A program made the translations under genes and the position numbers. Source: Amoebophrya sp. A120 (taxonomy: Eukaryota; Protista; Dinoflagellata). From it: 64,000 bases of DNA. Shown in pieces: positions 13,237 to 25,166 of the stretch; within the stretch, counting starts at the first letter, position 1, and every line of letters begins with the position of its first letter. The stretch lies in assembly GCA_905178155.1 (NCBI GenBank), contig CAJINV010000005.1:1390438-1454437 (forward strand), in the 5' to 3' direction. The notes beneath the pieces are model-generated. The model was not told where the DNA came from, ran no database searches, and saw nothing but the letters and a program-made list of their open reading frames with translations.

Positions 13237-14115
13237 GGTTTGGATTTGGTTTGTTCTAATCTGGTGTAATGTACGATAGGTTGCTTAGTAGTGCTGGAGC
13301 CCGCACATCCGTGCACAGTGCTGCTAACGAAGATAGATTAGGAAAACATCACGGGCAACTACATAACCTCAGTCAGCATCATCACCATGTCATACACATA
13401 CATCTAGGTAGTCATGCACATTCGAAAATTTTCCTTCATTTCCCCAGCCACACAATTTTTTGTAGTACCTCCATGAAACTAAAAACGAGCCCCAACGATT
13501 TCACAAGACGACGGAAAATGATCCTGACGAAACGTTTTTTTTTAGTAAGCAGAAGAAAGCCACTGCCACTGCCCCGATACACGATCGAACGAGTACGATA
13601 TAGCATTGGCATAGCAAAAAAACAGAAAATTGCCCCGGATCTTCTTCAAAGTCTTCCATCGCTTGTTTCTCGCGAGCGAAAAGAACGACAAAGGCGTCTT
13701 CCCCCAAGAAATGCTAATGCACCGCACGCAGAACCTGAACCGATCTTGTGCACTTACTGGTGAGCAGAACACGACGCTTCGAACTGATCAAACAGCGCTG
13801 AAAGCCGGCAACTCTACTGCTACTGTAAGCCGACAACTCTACAGCGCTGAAAGCCGACAGTAATTGTTTATATTAAATTGATTTTCATTTTGTTGCGCGC
13901 TGAGTGCCTTCACTTCGCAGACGAAGGTAAAGTTTGACAGTTTTTCTTTTTGCGCAAGTAAAAAAACACCGAGGCGCCGCCGCCGTGAAGGACTGAATAC
14001 GACTTAGTCAAGAAAATCCTACGAGATGGAAAAAATACCACGGTCAATCTTCTACTAGGAAGAGACGCAAAATCAAGTGCAAGAAGAAGAGTTGAACTCG
14101 ATCAAAAAAAATCCT

Positions 14116-15575
14116 TCACAAGAACTTCGTCTTAATCAGTTCCTTCAGCTTTCCCAGATCCTTGCCGAAATTTCGCAGGCCCTCGCTCAACTTCTCCGTT
14201 GCCATTTGATCCTCGTTCAACATCCATCGAAATTCTTTCTCCGTCAGTTTGCCCGGCTTTTTTCCATCTGCCTTCTTCACCAGTTCTGGAGCCAGTTTTT
14301 TTGGTAACCCCTCGCTGCTGGCTTCGAGCTCGGCGAGGAACTTCGGCCCGATGGTGAGCTTGTCGCAGCCCGCGAGGCAGCAGATCTCTTCCTTCGTACG
14401 GAAGGATGCGGCCATCACGATGGTTTTGTAGTCGTGTTGGCGGTAGTACCTGACAGGAAATCGAGGAATGGTGGCTTCTTCGCACGCCGTCTTGTAGACA
14501 ACTTACATGACAGGCGGTTGGTTTCATTTTTAAAACAATGGATGCAGCACAACATGGTGTAATCTTGAAGTGGCTGTGCGACGTATGAAGCAAAGAACTC
14601 TTTTATACTCGTAAATTTGCTTGACGCTCTTCACCCCTGGGTCCTTCTCCCCGGTGAAATCCGCGTCTGGCTGTGCCTTCTTGAACCAGTCCAAAATTCT
14701 CCCCACAAACGGCGAAATCAAGGTCGCCCCCGCTTCGGCGCAGGCTCGTGCTTGGCAGAAGGAGAAGAGGAGCGTCATGTTGCAGTGGATGCCCTCCTTT
14801 TCCAAAATCTCGCACGCACGGATGCACTCCCAGGTGGACCTTAGATATCAAGTCAGGTTGTTTCACAGAAGTCGATGGTGTACCAGAAGACGGAATCACG
14901 CATGACAAAAAACACCAGATCTTGATGAAATAACAACATGTGATGATATTAATACCCAAGCTTGATCAGGATTCTCTCCTTTTTAAACCCCGCCGCCTCA
15001 TACATCTTGATAATCTTCCTCGCCTTTGCCAAGCTGGCCTCGGTGTCGAAAGACAAATCAGCGTCGACTTCGGTGGACACATACCCAGGTACGAGCTTCA
15101 AAATCTCACAACCAAAGGACACGGCAAGTTGGTCGCAGATAGCGCCCAGCAGTTCGTCTTGGGAAGCCTGTTGGGACGTTGGGAAGAAAGGTTGAAAGGT
15201 TGTTCATCCGGGTAAGCATTTTTTGTGACAGTGTTTAGGGTTTAGGGTTTGCGTGACAGTGTACTACGTTGGTTCATTAGAAGCCGTATTGCAAAAACAA
15301 TCTACCTTTGCTGACACCGATTCCTTGGCCTTTTTCACTGCGGCATCCACGATGGATTTGTACTCGGGCATACCGCACGCCTGCAGCAACAGTGTCGGGT
15401 TTGTCGTCGCGTCTTCGGGTTTGAAGGTTTTTATTTTTTCGATATCCCCCGTGTCCGCGACCACGCCGCTCATCTGCTTCAAAGCGACCAATTGGTCCAC
15501 CTTTCGCTTCTTGGCATCCGGCGAAGGCGAGGAAGACCGGCTACTACGCGTGGTCTTCGTGTCCTGCTTCGTCAT
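14116..15575 (-). CDS. TAL1: Transaldolase, 4 exons (15575-15306, 15167-14956, 14839-14609, 14449-14116)
   Basis: Motifs [60 protein letters not shown]. Three in-frame GT-AG introns of 138, 116 and 159 bp. Confidence 0.95.
15225..15262 (+). repeat. Interstitial telomeric (TTTAGGG) insert between direct repeats
   Basis: GTGACAGTG(T) + TTAGGGTTTAGGGTTTGC + GTGACAGTGT, inside transaldolase intron 1. Confidence 0.8.
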
Positions 15576-16376
15576 TTTGCTGCGCGTTTGTGATCCCTCT
15601 GAAAAATGAAAGAACCTGAAAAGCTCGTGGATAAAAAAGCACGACTAGTACGAGCTGGTGGGAATCCTCTAGGAGTTATAAACGAATAATCGGTGGTCTC
15701 GGTCGTGCAAAAAAGAACGCATTTACTTAGTCGAGAACGGTTCGCGTTTCCGCACTAGAACCGTGAAATCGAAAAAAAAAAGAATGTATATACTCTTCTA
15801 GTGATCTTTCGGTCTTGCGTTGATGAGGACGTCAACAAACTTGAACTTCGAAAACATTTTACAAAAGCCGTCAGCAGTGGAACGGCGTTAAAGTTTCAAA
15901 CCGATTTCGAGTTTTGCTCTTTGCGTCTTGTCGCTTCACAATGAATCACATCAACGTCCGTCGGAGGGATCCATCGCAATTACGACCAGATGCCGAGGAA
16001 ACAACAGATAGAAAAATAGCGCAGCAGGATCATCTTCCGGATCCAATTGTGCACGAGCTGCTGCTGCCGCTGTGATGATCGCATCGTAGACCTACCATTC
16101 GCAGCACTCGGGCTGCTTGATAGACACAGGGAGTTGTACCGCCTAAGTGTAGTACATACTCTGACTTATTTCCAAAGAACAGCTACTTGGATTCTTTTTT
16201 TCGCCGTGGCTACGGATTATGGTTTCGATTCTTGTACTTGGACAAAATCCCTTTACGCTACTTACCGACTAGTTCGGGTTCGTTCATTTTCTATGTGTTT
16301 CGCTACGTATATTTGTAAACACGACATGGACATTTTATCATTATCAGCAATTTAGGGTTCCTCGGCTTTGTTATGC

Positions 16377-17000
16377 GGACATAGGCAGGATCATCCCCCC
16401 AAGGATCACCCCCCTCAAGATGCAGGGGGGGGTGAGGGGGGCCAGGGGGTGGGCCGGGGGCAGGAAGGTAGGGGGCAACGAGCGAGGCCGGGGGCAGGCA
16501 GCCAGGCTAAGGGGGGGGACAAGGGCAGGCGGGCCGGCGGCAGGCAGACCGGGGGCAGGGCGGGGCGGCGTTGGTATTTGCTGGAAGGCCTTCCCAGAGG
16601 TTTCCTGGGCCAAGATGTCCTACAGGCGGGCAGCCACCCGAGGAAGCCCGGGAGCGCCTAGCGCCTCGCCCCCTGAGGCAACAGAGGCGGCACAGTGAGC
16701 GAGCCCCCCCGGGCGGGGTCACGGCAAACCAACGAAGGGGGAAAGGGGGGGCAAAGAACAGAGAGGGGCGCGAGGGCGGCAAGGCCGGCGGCGCGTGCCT
16801 CCGGCGCGGAACAGGAAGGGGCAAAAGGGAATCGTCTGGGCCAGCCGTCGCGACGGCGCCGTCGCGACGGCTGGCCCAGACGACACCGCCGAAACCCTAA
16901 ACCCTAAGCCCAAACCTAAACCCTATGCCCTTGAGGGGGGTGATCTTGGAAACTTGAGGGGGGTGATCTTATCTTGAGGGGGATGATCCGGCCTACGTCC
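16377..17000. mobile_element. Non-autonomous MULE/Mutator-like MITE, 624 bp
   Basis: TIR GGACATAGGCAGGATCATCCCCC / GGGGGATGATCCGGCCTACGTCC (2 mismatches). Subterminal GATCACCCCCCTCAAG repeats at both ends. Perfect 9-bp TSD TTGTTATGC at 16368-16376 and 17001-17009. GC-rich, no transposase. Confidence 0.9.
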
Positions 17001-17003
17001 TTG

Positions 17004-20000
17004 TTATGCAATCAGCCTCTGCAGAAACGCGCGCAAGGAGGCCTCATCTCTATGTTTTTCAATGTCTGACGTTCTCACGTCAATGCAGCGCCAGCCTAGT
17101 TTCTCCACGAGTTTACGTTTGGTACGTGTTTTACCATTCGTCACCATCGGTAAGGTTGAGACGTCGAAGGGCTTTTCCTTAGTGCCTTTTGCAGCTGCTC
17201 CTGATCGAGGATCTTCGGCGTTGTTTGTGCAGGAGTTTGTGTTTGTCGCATCTCGTTCCTCATTACCTTCGAAAACCCTGACATAGTGCGACCACTCGCC
17301 GTCGACTTCGATCGCCGTCTTGGTTTCCGGCACCGCGATGTCCACGATTACCCCCGAGCCCGCCACTTCGTACTCCGCAACGGCGGTTTTCAATGCCGCC
17401 GCGCACCTAGCCGCAATGTCCGAGCTGCTCACGTCCTTGCCACACGCCAGGTACGCGTCCCGCAGCTCCCGCCAATGGGGCGTGAGCGGGCAGGTGAAAT
17501 TTGATGTCATGTTTTTGTTTACTTCTCCGCCGGGCACGGCCGCGGGCGTGGGCGATGAAACTATAGAAGGAGCGTAGTGTGTGTTTCTTGTTGTCGTGCT
17601 GGCTGTGATATTCCTACCCACCCCTAGTGGCGCCAACATACTCGTCCTCCGTGTGAGCCAGACGATGTACAGTTGCGACTTCCATTGCGGCTCCCAGTGA
17701 TGCTGGAAAACAAAACTGTTCCGACTGCTGTTCAGCGCACCAGCCAACACTTTCGGCAACAAGTCGAACCCTAGCTGCGCGAAGGCCCACAAGGCGTTGC
17801 ATTGCTGGCGGGCATCGAAAATGTGCCAATCTGAGGAAAAACGATCCGCGAGACGGTGCAGAAGTTGGTAGATTGTTTTGTTCTGATGTTCGTCCAAAGT
17901 AGCTTCCTTTTCTTGCAGTTCTTTCATCTTCCCATCGAAGTCGTTCATCATCCCGTTGAAGTCGTACCCGAGCTGCGCGCAGGCCCAGACGATCGACCCG
18001 ATTTGGTTCGGTTTGATCGTGCTTTTTGTGGTTTGCGCGACGGATAATCTTGATGTCGGATTCTGGTCGAAGTCGAGGATTTTCTGAGCGAGGTGATTCA
18101 GAACTTTCTCAGGTCGGAGACGCAGCACCGCGAGACTGTGGAAAATATTCGAGACGTGCACTGCGTCGTCAATCCGCGACCAGACAGAGTCACAAGTAAA
18201 TTGACTTGGTTCCCCCGTTCGCGTTCCTGACTCAGTACCCGCACGTGGTCCGCCCACCATCTCAAAGGCCGCGAACCGACAGTCGGCAAGGGCGAAGCTC
18301 CACAGGGAAAGTGCGATGCCTATGGCGCTCTCAACTGTTACATTCTCAACTGTTACATGATTTGCCATGCAAAATTGCCTTGACTATCAACGCCATCAAA
18401 CTGCTTCGCATGACAAATTCTCAGACGGCCAAACAGGCTGAGAATCTGCGCCAAATCTGTCATGCAAGACGCGCAAGGTCCTTCCTTTCACTTTTGGCAT
18501 TCTTGCATCACAAATTCGTGTAACAGTTGAGAATGTAACGTTTGAGAACGCCATAATGCCTCTGGAATCTCCGTGTTCGAGGAGGAAGTCAACGAAGCCC
18601 TTTTGAACAAAAACGTGCTCGTACTTCTGAAGGAAGTTATTTGGCAGTTTCGCCAGGGAGTAAAAAAGCGAGGTGACGTCCTGAACGCAAAACCGGTCGG
18701 TCGACGGGGTGTGGGGATCGTAAGCAGGAGGCCCGAGTGTCGTGGCGCCGGGATTGCTCGGACTGGCAAGCGTTGCCCTCCGATCCGGCACGAAGTTACT
18801 CCGAAACACGTGTGCTAACAAGGGCGGCAACACCATTTCCATGGCTACCGTCTGTGGCGCCGCCGGGTGCGTGAACGCCGCGACAAGCTGGCCTACTTCC
18901 CGGGCCAGCGCACGCTCGGGCTTCAGCTCCTTGGCAAACCGTCGAAAGACTTCCTCGTGAATTTTCGTGCGAGAAATGATGTTGATGGTATGTGCACTCG
19001 TAGTACAGCTCGCGGCTAAGAAGTCGTTGAATGCGGATAACAGCATGACGGATTCGCAGATGGTGAACTCGGAAACGTCCATTTGTTCCAGCAACCTCAC
19101 CGCTTCGGTTGTCCACAGAGTCCGTTGTTCGGGCTCGAAGGCCCACACATAGGAGAGTTGCTTCTGGTTCTTGTAGAGGTCGTCTACTAGCTGTGAACTC
19201 ATGCCTGCTGCGCCGTCGATAACAGACGAAGCGGCTAGTTCTTGAGCAGGTCCGGTTGACGCTACTGCCACGACATTTGGCCTTGCCTGGCCCGGTGGGA
19301 TCGCACAAGCCATGAAGGCTGTGGCTGTTGATGCTTCCTCGATACTAGTGCCTCCTTTCGATCTCATTCCCACCCCACAGCCTCCCATCCCAATTTCTGA
19401 TTCCGACCTCGCCACCAGCTTGCTGAGACTCCACAGCACGTTGCTCAAGTCGATGGGTTTTGGATTTCGTAAACGTAGGAAGCAGTCCGCTAAAGCGGCG
19501 AGTTCCGTCCGGGACAACTGGATCTGCATGCGGGCAAACCCCCACAGCGTATTGGCCAAATCCTTGGGGGACAAATCGCTTCTGGCAAATTCGTTGACCA
19601 ATTTTGGCTTCAACTGCTCTTGGATCTCCTTCACCGCATTGCTGAGATGCGCTTTCGCCAGTTCCAACTGCTGTACATCAGTTTTTCCGTTTCTTCTCGG
19701 AGTACTTTTGGAAAGCTTCTGGTCGCACCGCGCCAGCGTCATCACCGCACGCGCGAGGAGGCGGGTCGGGACCTCTTTGATCTGGCTTGGCGTTGTCTTT
19801 TCAAAGCTAGTATAGGCTATTGCGTTTTCATTTCGGGTTGTCGCGAACATTCTCACGATCCTTTCCCCACCGGCAGCAACAGCAGCTGCGGAGAGGTTTT
19901 GCTTCACGGACAGCAGATCTAAAACATCGACAAAGGACAACTCCACGTCTTGCTGCGTCAAATGCTTCTCAATCGCCGCAGTGCGGGCGGAGAGGTTCGC

Positions 20001-20288
20001 AACGCTCGTCTGCCGGTTCAGGAGTTGGGCGACGGAAGGACTCTTCCGGCAGCTTAAATGGTCGGTGACAGGAACAGCGGAAGCGCGGCTGAGTTCTTGT
20101 GCCCCCCTCGGCTGGGATAATGTCCTCGTGGGTTGCTGGTGCGGTAGTTGCAGCTGCGCAGATGCTCCCAGAGAGGGTGCGCAGGTAGAGAACGAGGCTT
20201 TGGCAACTCTACTGCATGTTGCTCTGTCGACAATGTCAACGCCACCACGCAGCGACCCATGGGCTCGCGAAAACCCGCGCTGCACCAT
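17004..20288 (-). CDS. RAP-domain protein with FASTK/OPR-like helical repeats (~1010 aa), split by one introner
   Basis: Repeats such as PKDLANTLWGFARM, PIDLSNVLWSLSKL and ARQQCNALWAFAQL. C-terminal RAP domain VDIAVPETKTAIEVDGEWSHY...GKTRTKRKLVEKLGWRCIDV. Removing the 240-bp introner gives DSRGIALSLWSFAL in frame. Confidence 0.88.
18321..18555. mobile_element. Introner (TIR transposon-like intron) in the RAP gene
   Basis: 37-bp TIR with 3 mismatches, TATGGCG...TGTTACA. 5-bp direct repeat ATGCC at 18316-18320 and 18556-18560. Element plus one repeat copy is 240 bp, which preserves the frame. Confidence 0.9.
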
Positions 20289-20779
20289 TTTTTTTTGTTT
20301 CGTACCGCAGCCTCGCTCTTAATTTTCTTCAGAATCAGATGTTGATGAAGACAGTTACGCTATAACAAAACGCCAAGCACAATAAGTAGAACGACGTTGG
20401 TGTGATGTGGGAAACGTCAATGGCTAAAAACGGTCGAAGGACGGAAAAGTAACGAGATCAGAAAAAAAAAAACTGTCATCTGGTCGTTCCGGGTGATCTC
20501 CATGAGAAGTCAGGAGGATGATCCAACGATATGTTGCTCAAAAAACGCACGATGCCAGACCACCGCCAGAGATCTTTACTGTGTCTTTGCTTTATGGGAA
20601 GGGGGCCGATTATACGACATATGAACAAGAATTTCCATGCGCCTGCGCTCTTTGAAGGAGCTAGCAGAAGGAGCTAGCTTCTTTGAAGGAGCCAGCAGTG
20701 CGTGCTCTACACAATCAAACTAATCTTCAGCATAATTTCCGTAAAAATCGTGCTAGTCAACGTTACCGTTAGGTAGCCT

Positions 20780-23104
20780 TTACTTCGACCCATTGTTTCC
20801 GGCCTGCGCGTGATTGCTCGTTGACCTCAGTGCCGACTGCGAAGCGCCAGTCATTGGTAGTAGTCTTTCCCGCGGGATTCCGAGCATGTCCGCCTGTTGC
20901 CATTCCTTTTGCGTGAACTGCAACAAGCCCTTGGGGGCAAACGCCGTACCAATAGGAGTGTCGAAGCACTTTTCGATGCGCAGCCGGTCGAAGTACGGAT
21001 CTGCTAGGCCGACGAGGGGTTCCAGACGCTGCCTCGGGTTCAGCAGCAGCATGCGGTCTAACAGGCTGAATCCCTGCTGCCACCGGGAAGAGAGACGTGT
21101 CGGGTGCCTGGGGGGGTTGATCATTTTTCAAGCGTACGCATGGCCTTTTCAGTCTAGTGTGCAAAAAAAAGTGCATAGCAAAATCAGCAGGCTGGTGTAG
21201 TGGAAGATGCGCGCGGGCCGGCGCGATCGCGAAAGAATGAATCGCAAGACAAATGCTCGTAAGTTTTTATCACCTCAAATATTCTGGCATAATCCAGGTC
21301 AGCGGCTTGCTTTTTATCGGTGGAAACTCGAACCGACAGTAGTCATGAACGTTGCCGCACAAGTCCGCGAGCTCCTCCTTCTTTGGTGTACCCCGCACCT
21401 TCACAATCTCGATCAGCTGGTCTACGCCGCCCTGTCCGGGAAAAATCGGCCGCCCCTCGTTGATCAGTTCGCCCATCACGCACCCCGCGGACCACATGTC
21501 AATCGCGCAGCCGTAGGTTTGCGATCCGAAAATCAGCTCCGGGGCGCGGTAATACCTTTCGATTATAAAGTATTCTGAATATTAAGTGACAAGATGTGGC
21601 TGCTGCACCAGCGCAGGGGCGGGACATAATTAATGTAAGTTTGGAAGCATGAGAACAGAAACAGGAATTTGGATGTTAATGTAAGTAATTGGACATGCAG
21701 CACACTGCTCACAGACTATGACTAAAGCAACAGCCTTCTAGTTTAATCTTGAAATAGCCCTCCGATACCTGCTGCAAATGTACTGCACCGAGGGGTTCCG
21801 ACTGTCCACCTTCTTCGCGGAGCCGAAGTCGCACAACTTCAAAACGTGCTGCTTCTGCATGTCCACAAGCAGATTCTGTGGTTTGATGTCGCGGTGCATG
21901 ACCTGGAAGCTTTTCAAGTACGCAAGCGCCCGTAGCAGCTGGTACGTGTACAGCATGATGAAAAACTCCGGCACGGCGCCGCGCGGGGGCTGCAGCTGCT
22001 GCGGGTTGTTCGCTCCGTGCCGGGTCGAAAAGCTCGTCCCGTATTGGTACTGCATCGCGAGCGGGTTGCGGTCGCGCAGGTGGCGGGCCACGTTGAAAAG
22101 CGTGTCCGGCATGTATTCCATCACGAGATTCAGGAACAGCTCGTCGCGCTGCGGGTCGCCCTGTATAGGTTTTTTTGACGGTAATGTATAGTTACTACGC
22201 GCAAGCCATACAGATACATCTCAAAACAGGAAACTTGGTTCAGAAGTGCTACTTTTCACGTGGAGCAAAGGCACGGCTTGGCTGTCATGAGAGAGGTGAC
22301 CACACACAACGTATTCAAAAATCATACTTGTGTGTGAAAGGGCGATATGAGTTTGATTATGTTCGGGTGCGGGAAATCCGTTTCCGCGGCGCACTGCAGG
22401 TCCTGCAATATCTGCAGTTCCCGGTTGCGGTAGCGCCGGTCCTGAAAAACTTTCTTGATCGCCACGTACTCCTGGTCGGGCATCACCTGGGCCAAGTACA
22501 CGATCCCGAAGGAACCGTTGCCAATTACCCTCTCCGCATTGTACGACTTCGGAGCGGAGGACGAGGACGTCGACTGGGTAGTACTTTGTGCCGCGTATTG
22601 GGGCGGCGGAGGCGGAGCTTGCTGCTGCTGCTGCTGTTGTTGGAGCAGCATTGCCTGGTGATCTTGTGCCGCAGCCATCTGCTGGTTGTAGGCGAAAGTT
22701 GGCGGGATGTTCGTCCCCACTACACCTGCAGTGCTTTGCTGCACATAGCTGTACTGCGGTTGCTGTGGCACACCACCAGCAAAGGACGCATGATGACTAC
22801 CGGCACTGTTGCTGGTCCCTGGCTGCAGGTAGTGGTTTTTGCTTGGAAACGAGCTCGACATCAAAACTTGCTGCTGAAAGTCGACGGATTCGTAATTCGA
22901 GCTGGTCTTGCTGTGAAAGGACTGCTGGTAAAGCATCTCAGGACCACGGTTCAAGCCGTTGTAGCCGTTGGTAGTCGTCGTCGATCCAATCACGGCGTTT
23001 GTCGTGGAATGTTGCAAAAGATCCGCAGATGAACCGCTGTTGTCGTCGTGCTCGTAGGGAGAGGAGGCGGGAAGGTTGTCGTACCGGCCGACGCCGACCA
23101 CCAT
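20780..23104 (-). CDS. GSK3: Glycogen synthase kinase 3 / shaggy-like kinase, 4 exons (23104-22328, 22160-21769, 21555-21274, 21107-20780)
   Basis: Motifs [65 protein letters not shown] introns of 167, 213 and 166 bp. Poly-Q N-terminal extension; start codon uncertain. Confidence 0.93.
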
Positions 23105-24128
23105 CGCGTATGAGCTGCTGCTGCTGTACGTACGTTACGACAAGAGCTAAGTACTGCCAGACGAGTAGAAAAGCACGAAGCGTTCGTGGGCAAGTAAGTA
23201 CTTGCTTCCCGGGGCCGGCTGGTGACTTGCGACGAAATTGCGATCCGCAGTTCTTCTAGACGAAGATCACGAATGGTGGGTCCATATTGGATCGACGATG
23301 CAGCACATGGACAGGGAATTGCTGCACGCGACTGGTTCGCTTGAAACCCGCCACATGATCCGCTTCAGCACCACTGTCCGGGGTCGCTGCAACGTGGTCC
23401 AAAGGACGAGCAGAGCCGAGGCACAACTTCACTCCACCAGAACGACAACAGAAACACCTGCGCCCTTTAAAGAAGCTCAGCGCGGCCTTTGATAATTCTG
23501 CCCAGCTACAACTTCAACACTGCTGCCCAAGCTTGCGAAATAAAATGTATAGAGGCAGAATTTTTCGTCCCACAAGAAAGACCGAGTCTGGGAAGTCGAA
23601 GTCGGGCAAAAGTTGCCTCCCACACTACATCATCACCTCCGCAGTGGCCTGATGCTGATTTCTAACAACATATACAAAAACTAAAACAAAAGCGCGTCAC
23701 TCAAAGAAAGCCGATTTTGCTGCCCCCGGGTGGAAGGTTCGCTCTTTCTTTTGTATACAGAGTTCTACACTTGAGAAGGACTTGCAACATTCACATTGTG
23801 TGGAAGGACTAGGGACGTACAGTCTTTCTATGGTTTTTAGTTATGTTTAGAGATGACCAAAGAACATCCATGGTTTTCTGATGGACAACAAGCGACGGCA
23901 CGGAAATGCTCGCTACAGTTGTAATTGTACTCGTGGCAAGAGGCGGTCTCTTGAGGTGAAAATGTGAATCAATCCGTCCTTCATGTCGCCTTTAAACTTA
24001 TGTCGTTTGTCATGTGATAATTTGTCTGCAGCCATTCGTTCCCGGCTACGCAACGAACTGAGGAGTTGTCGGTGCACTGTGGTGATGAGATGAAGATCAT
24101 ACCACAAGACTACAGCCACTCCCTATCG

Positions 24129-25166
24129 TCACACAACTTCCTGCTTCGCTACTGTTTGCGCGCCCGCTAGCTCCTCTGCCATCGCCGCGTCGTCAATTTG
24201 GTGGAAAAACCCATGTAAACACAGAAACATCAGAAACCAGAGCGCGTTGCTGATGACCGCGCTGCCGCACCAGAATACGATCACTAGACTCGTCACACTG
24301 AACATCACAAGCCACCTTTGTGACGGACCGAACGTGACGCCGCCTGCCGTTACCTGCCAGTCCGGATCCGCGTTCTTCTTCAGGAAGAGAAACCTGTGAT
24401 GATCATGGCAGTGTGGGGGATTGAGTGGTGGCATGACGAAAATAGCGATGGAATCCGATAATTGCAGAAGCAATGGCACAGGCACGAAAATGTGGCATAC
24501 ATTCTTCAAAAACCCCAAAATCAAATTACATTGCTAATATTTCACATCATCAACAACATACCAAGCGGCCCCTAGCATCGTGAACAGCAGTATCGCGCCG
24601 GGGAGTAGAAGCAGGCAAATAAGCTGCCAGAGGAAGAAGCACAACGTGTAGTTCGCACGGTATCGGCCAACATTCTGCATTAACGAACCGCACGCCGCCG
24701 CACCGTCCGCCGGCTTTGCCATCGGCAACGCGAATTCCCGCCAGGGCTGCATGACGCCGAATTTCTCGTTTATTACAGTGGACACAGGATTGTTCATCTC
24801 GCTAATCCCCCCGGTCCCGAAATTCAAGCTTGACATCCCGCTCAGAATCGAGTTCGCCCCCTCCTTCGCGCTTCCGGACTGCGCGGCCTGCTGGAGCGTC
24901 AGATACAGCCCCATCGCGGATTGCTGAGCGGTGAGAAGCAGCCGCTGCGGGTCGAAGGGGTTAAGTCCGGTTTGGCCAGTTCCGTTCGAGTCTAAGCTGG
25001 GCATCGGCGTGTTGCCGAATCCGCCGGGCGTGGAGTGGTGGAACTCGCGGGTGTCCACACCCGCGGGCGGGGGAGGCGGTGGGCCGGTTCCGGCGCCGAC
25101 AGTGGTAGGCATCGGCGGGTCGAAAAAATTATCGAGCTCCGGGTTCGGAGGCAGGGGAGGCTGCAT
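24129..25166 (-). CDS. PRA1-family (prenylated Rab acceptor) membrane protein, 2 exons, intact copy
   Basis: QPWREF...NVGRYRANY followed by hydrophobic helices and LHGFFH. 168-bp GT-AG intron at 24394-24561. Confidence 0.8.

Noticed and set aside
13791-13860. Short local duplications (also 2856-2902 and 20649-20698)
   Set aside because: Two- to three-unit slippage-type repeats in intergenic DNA with no further structure.
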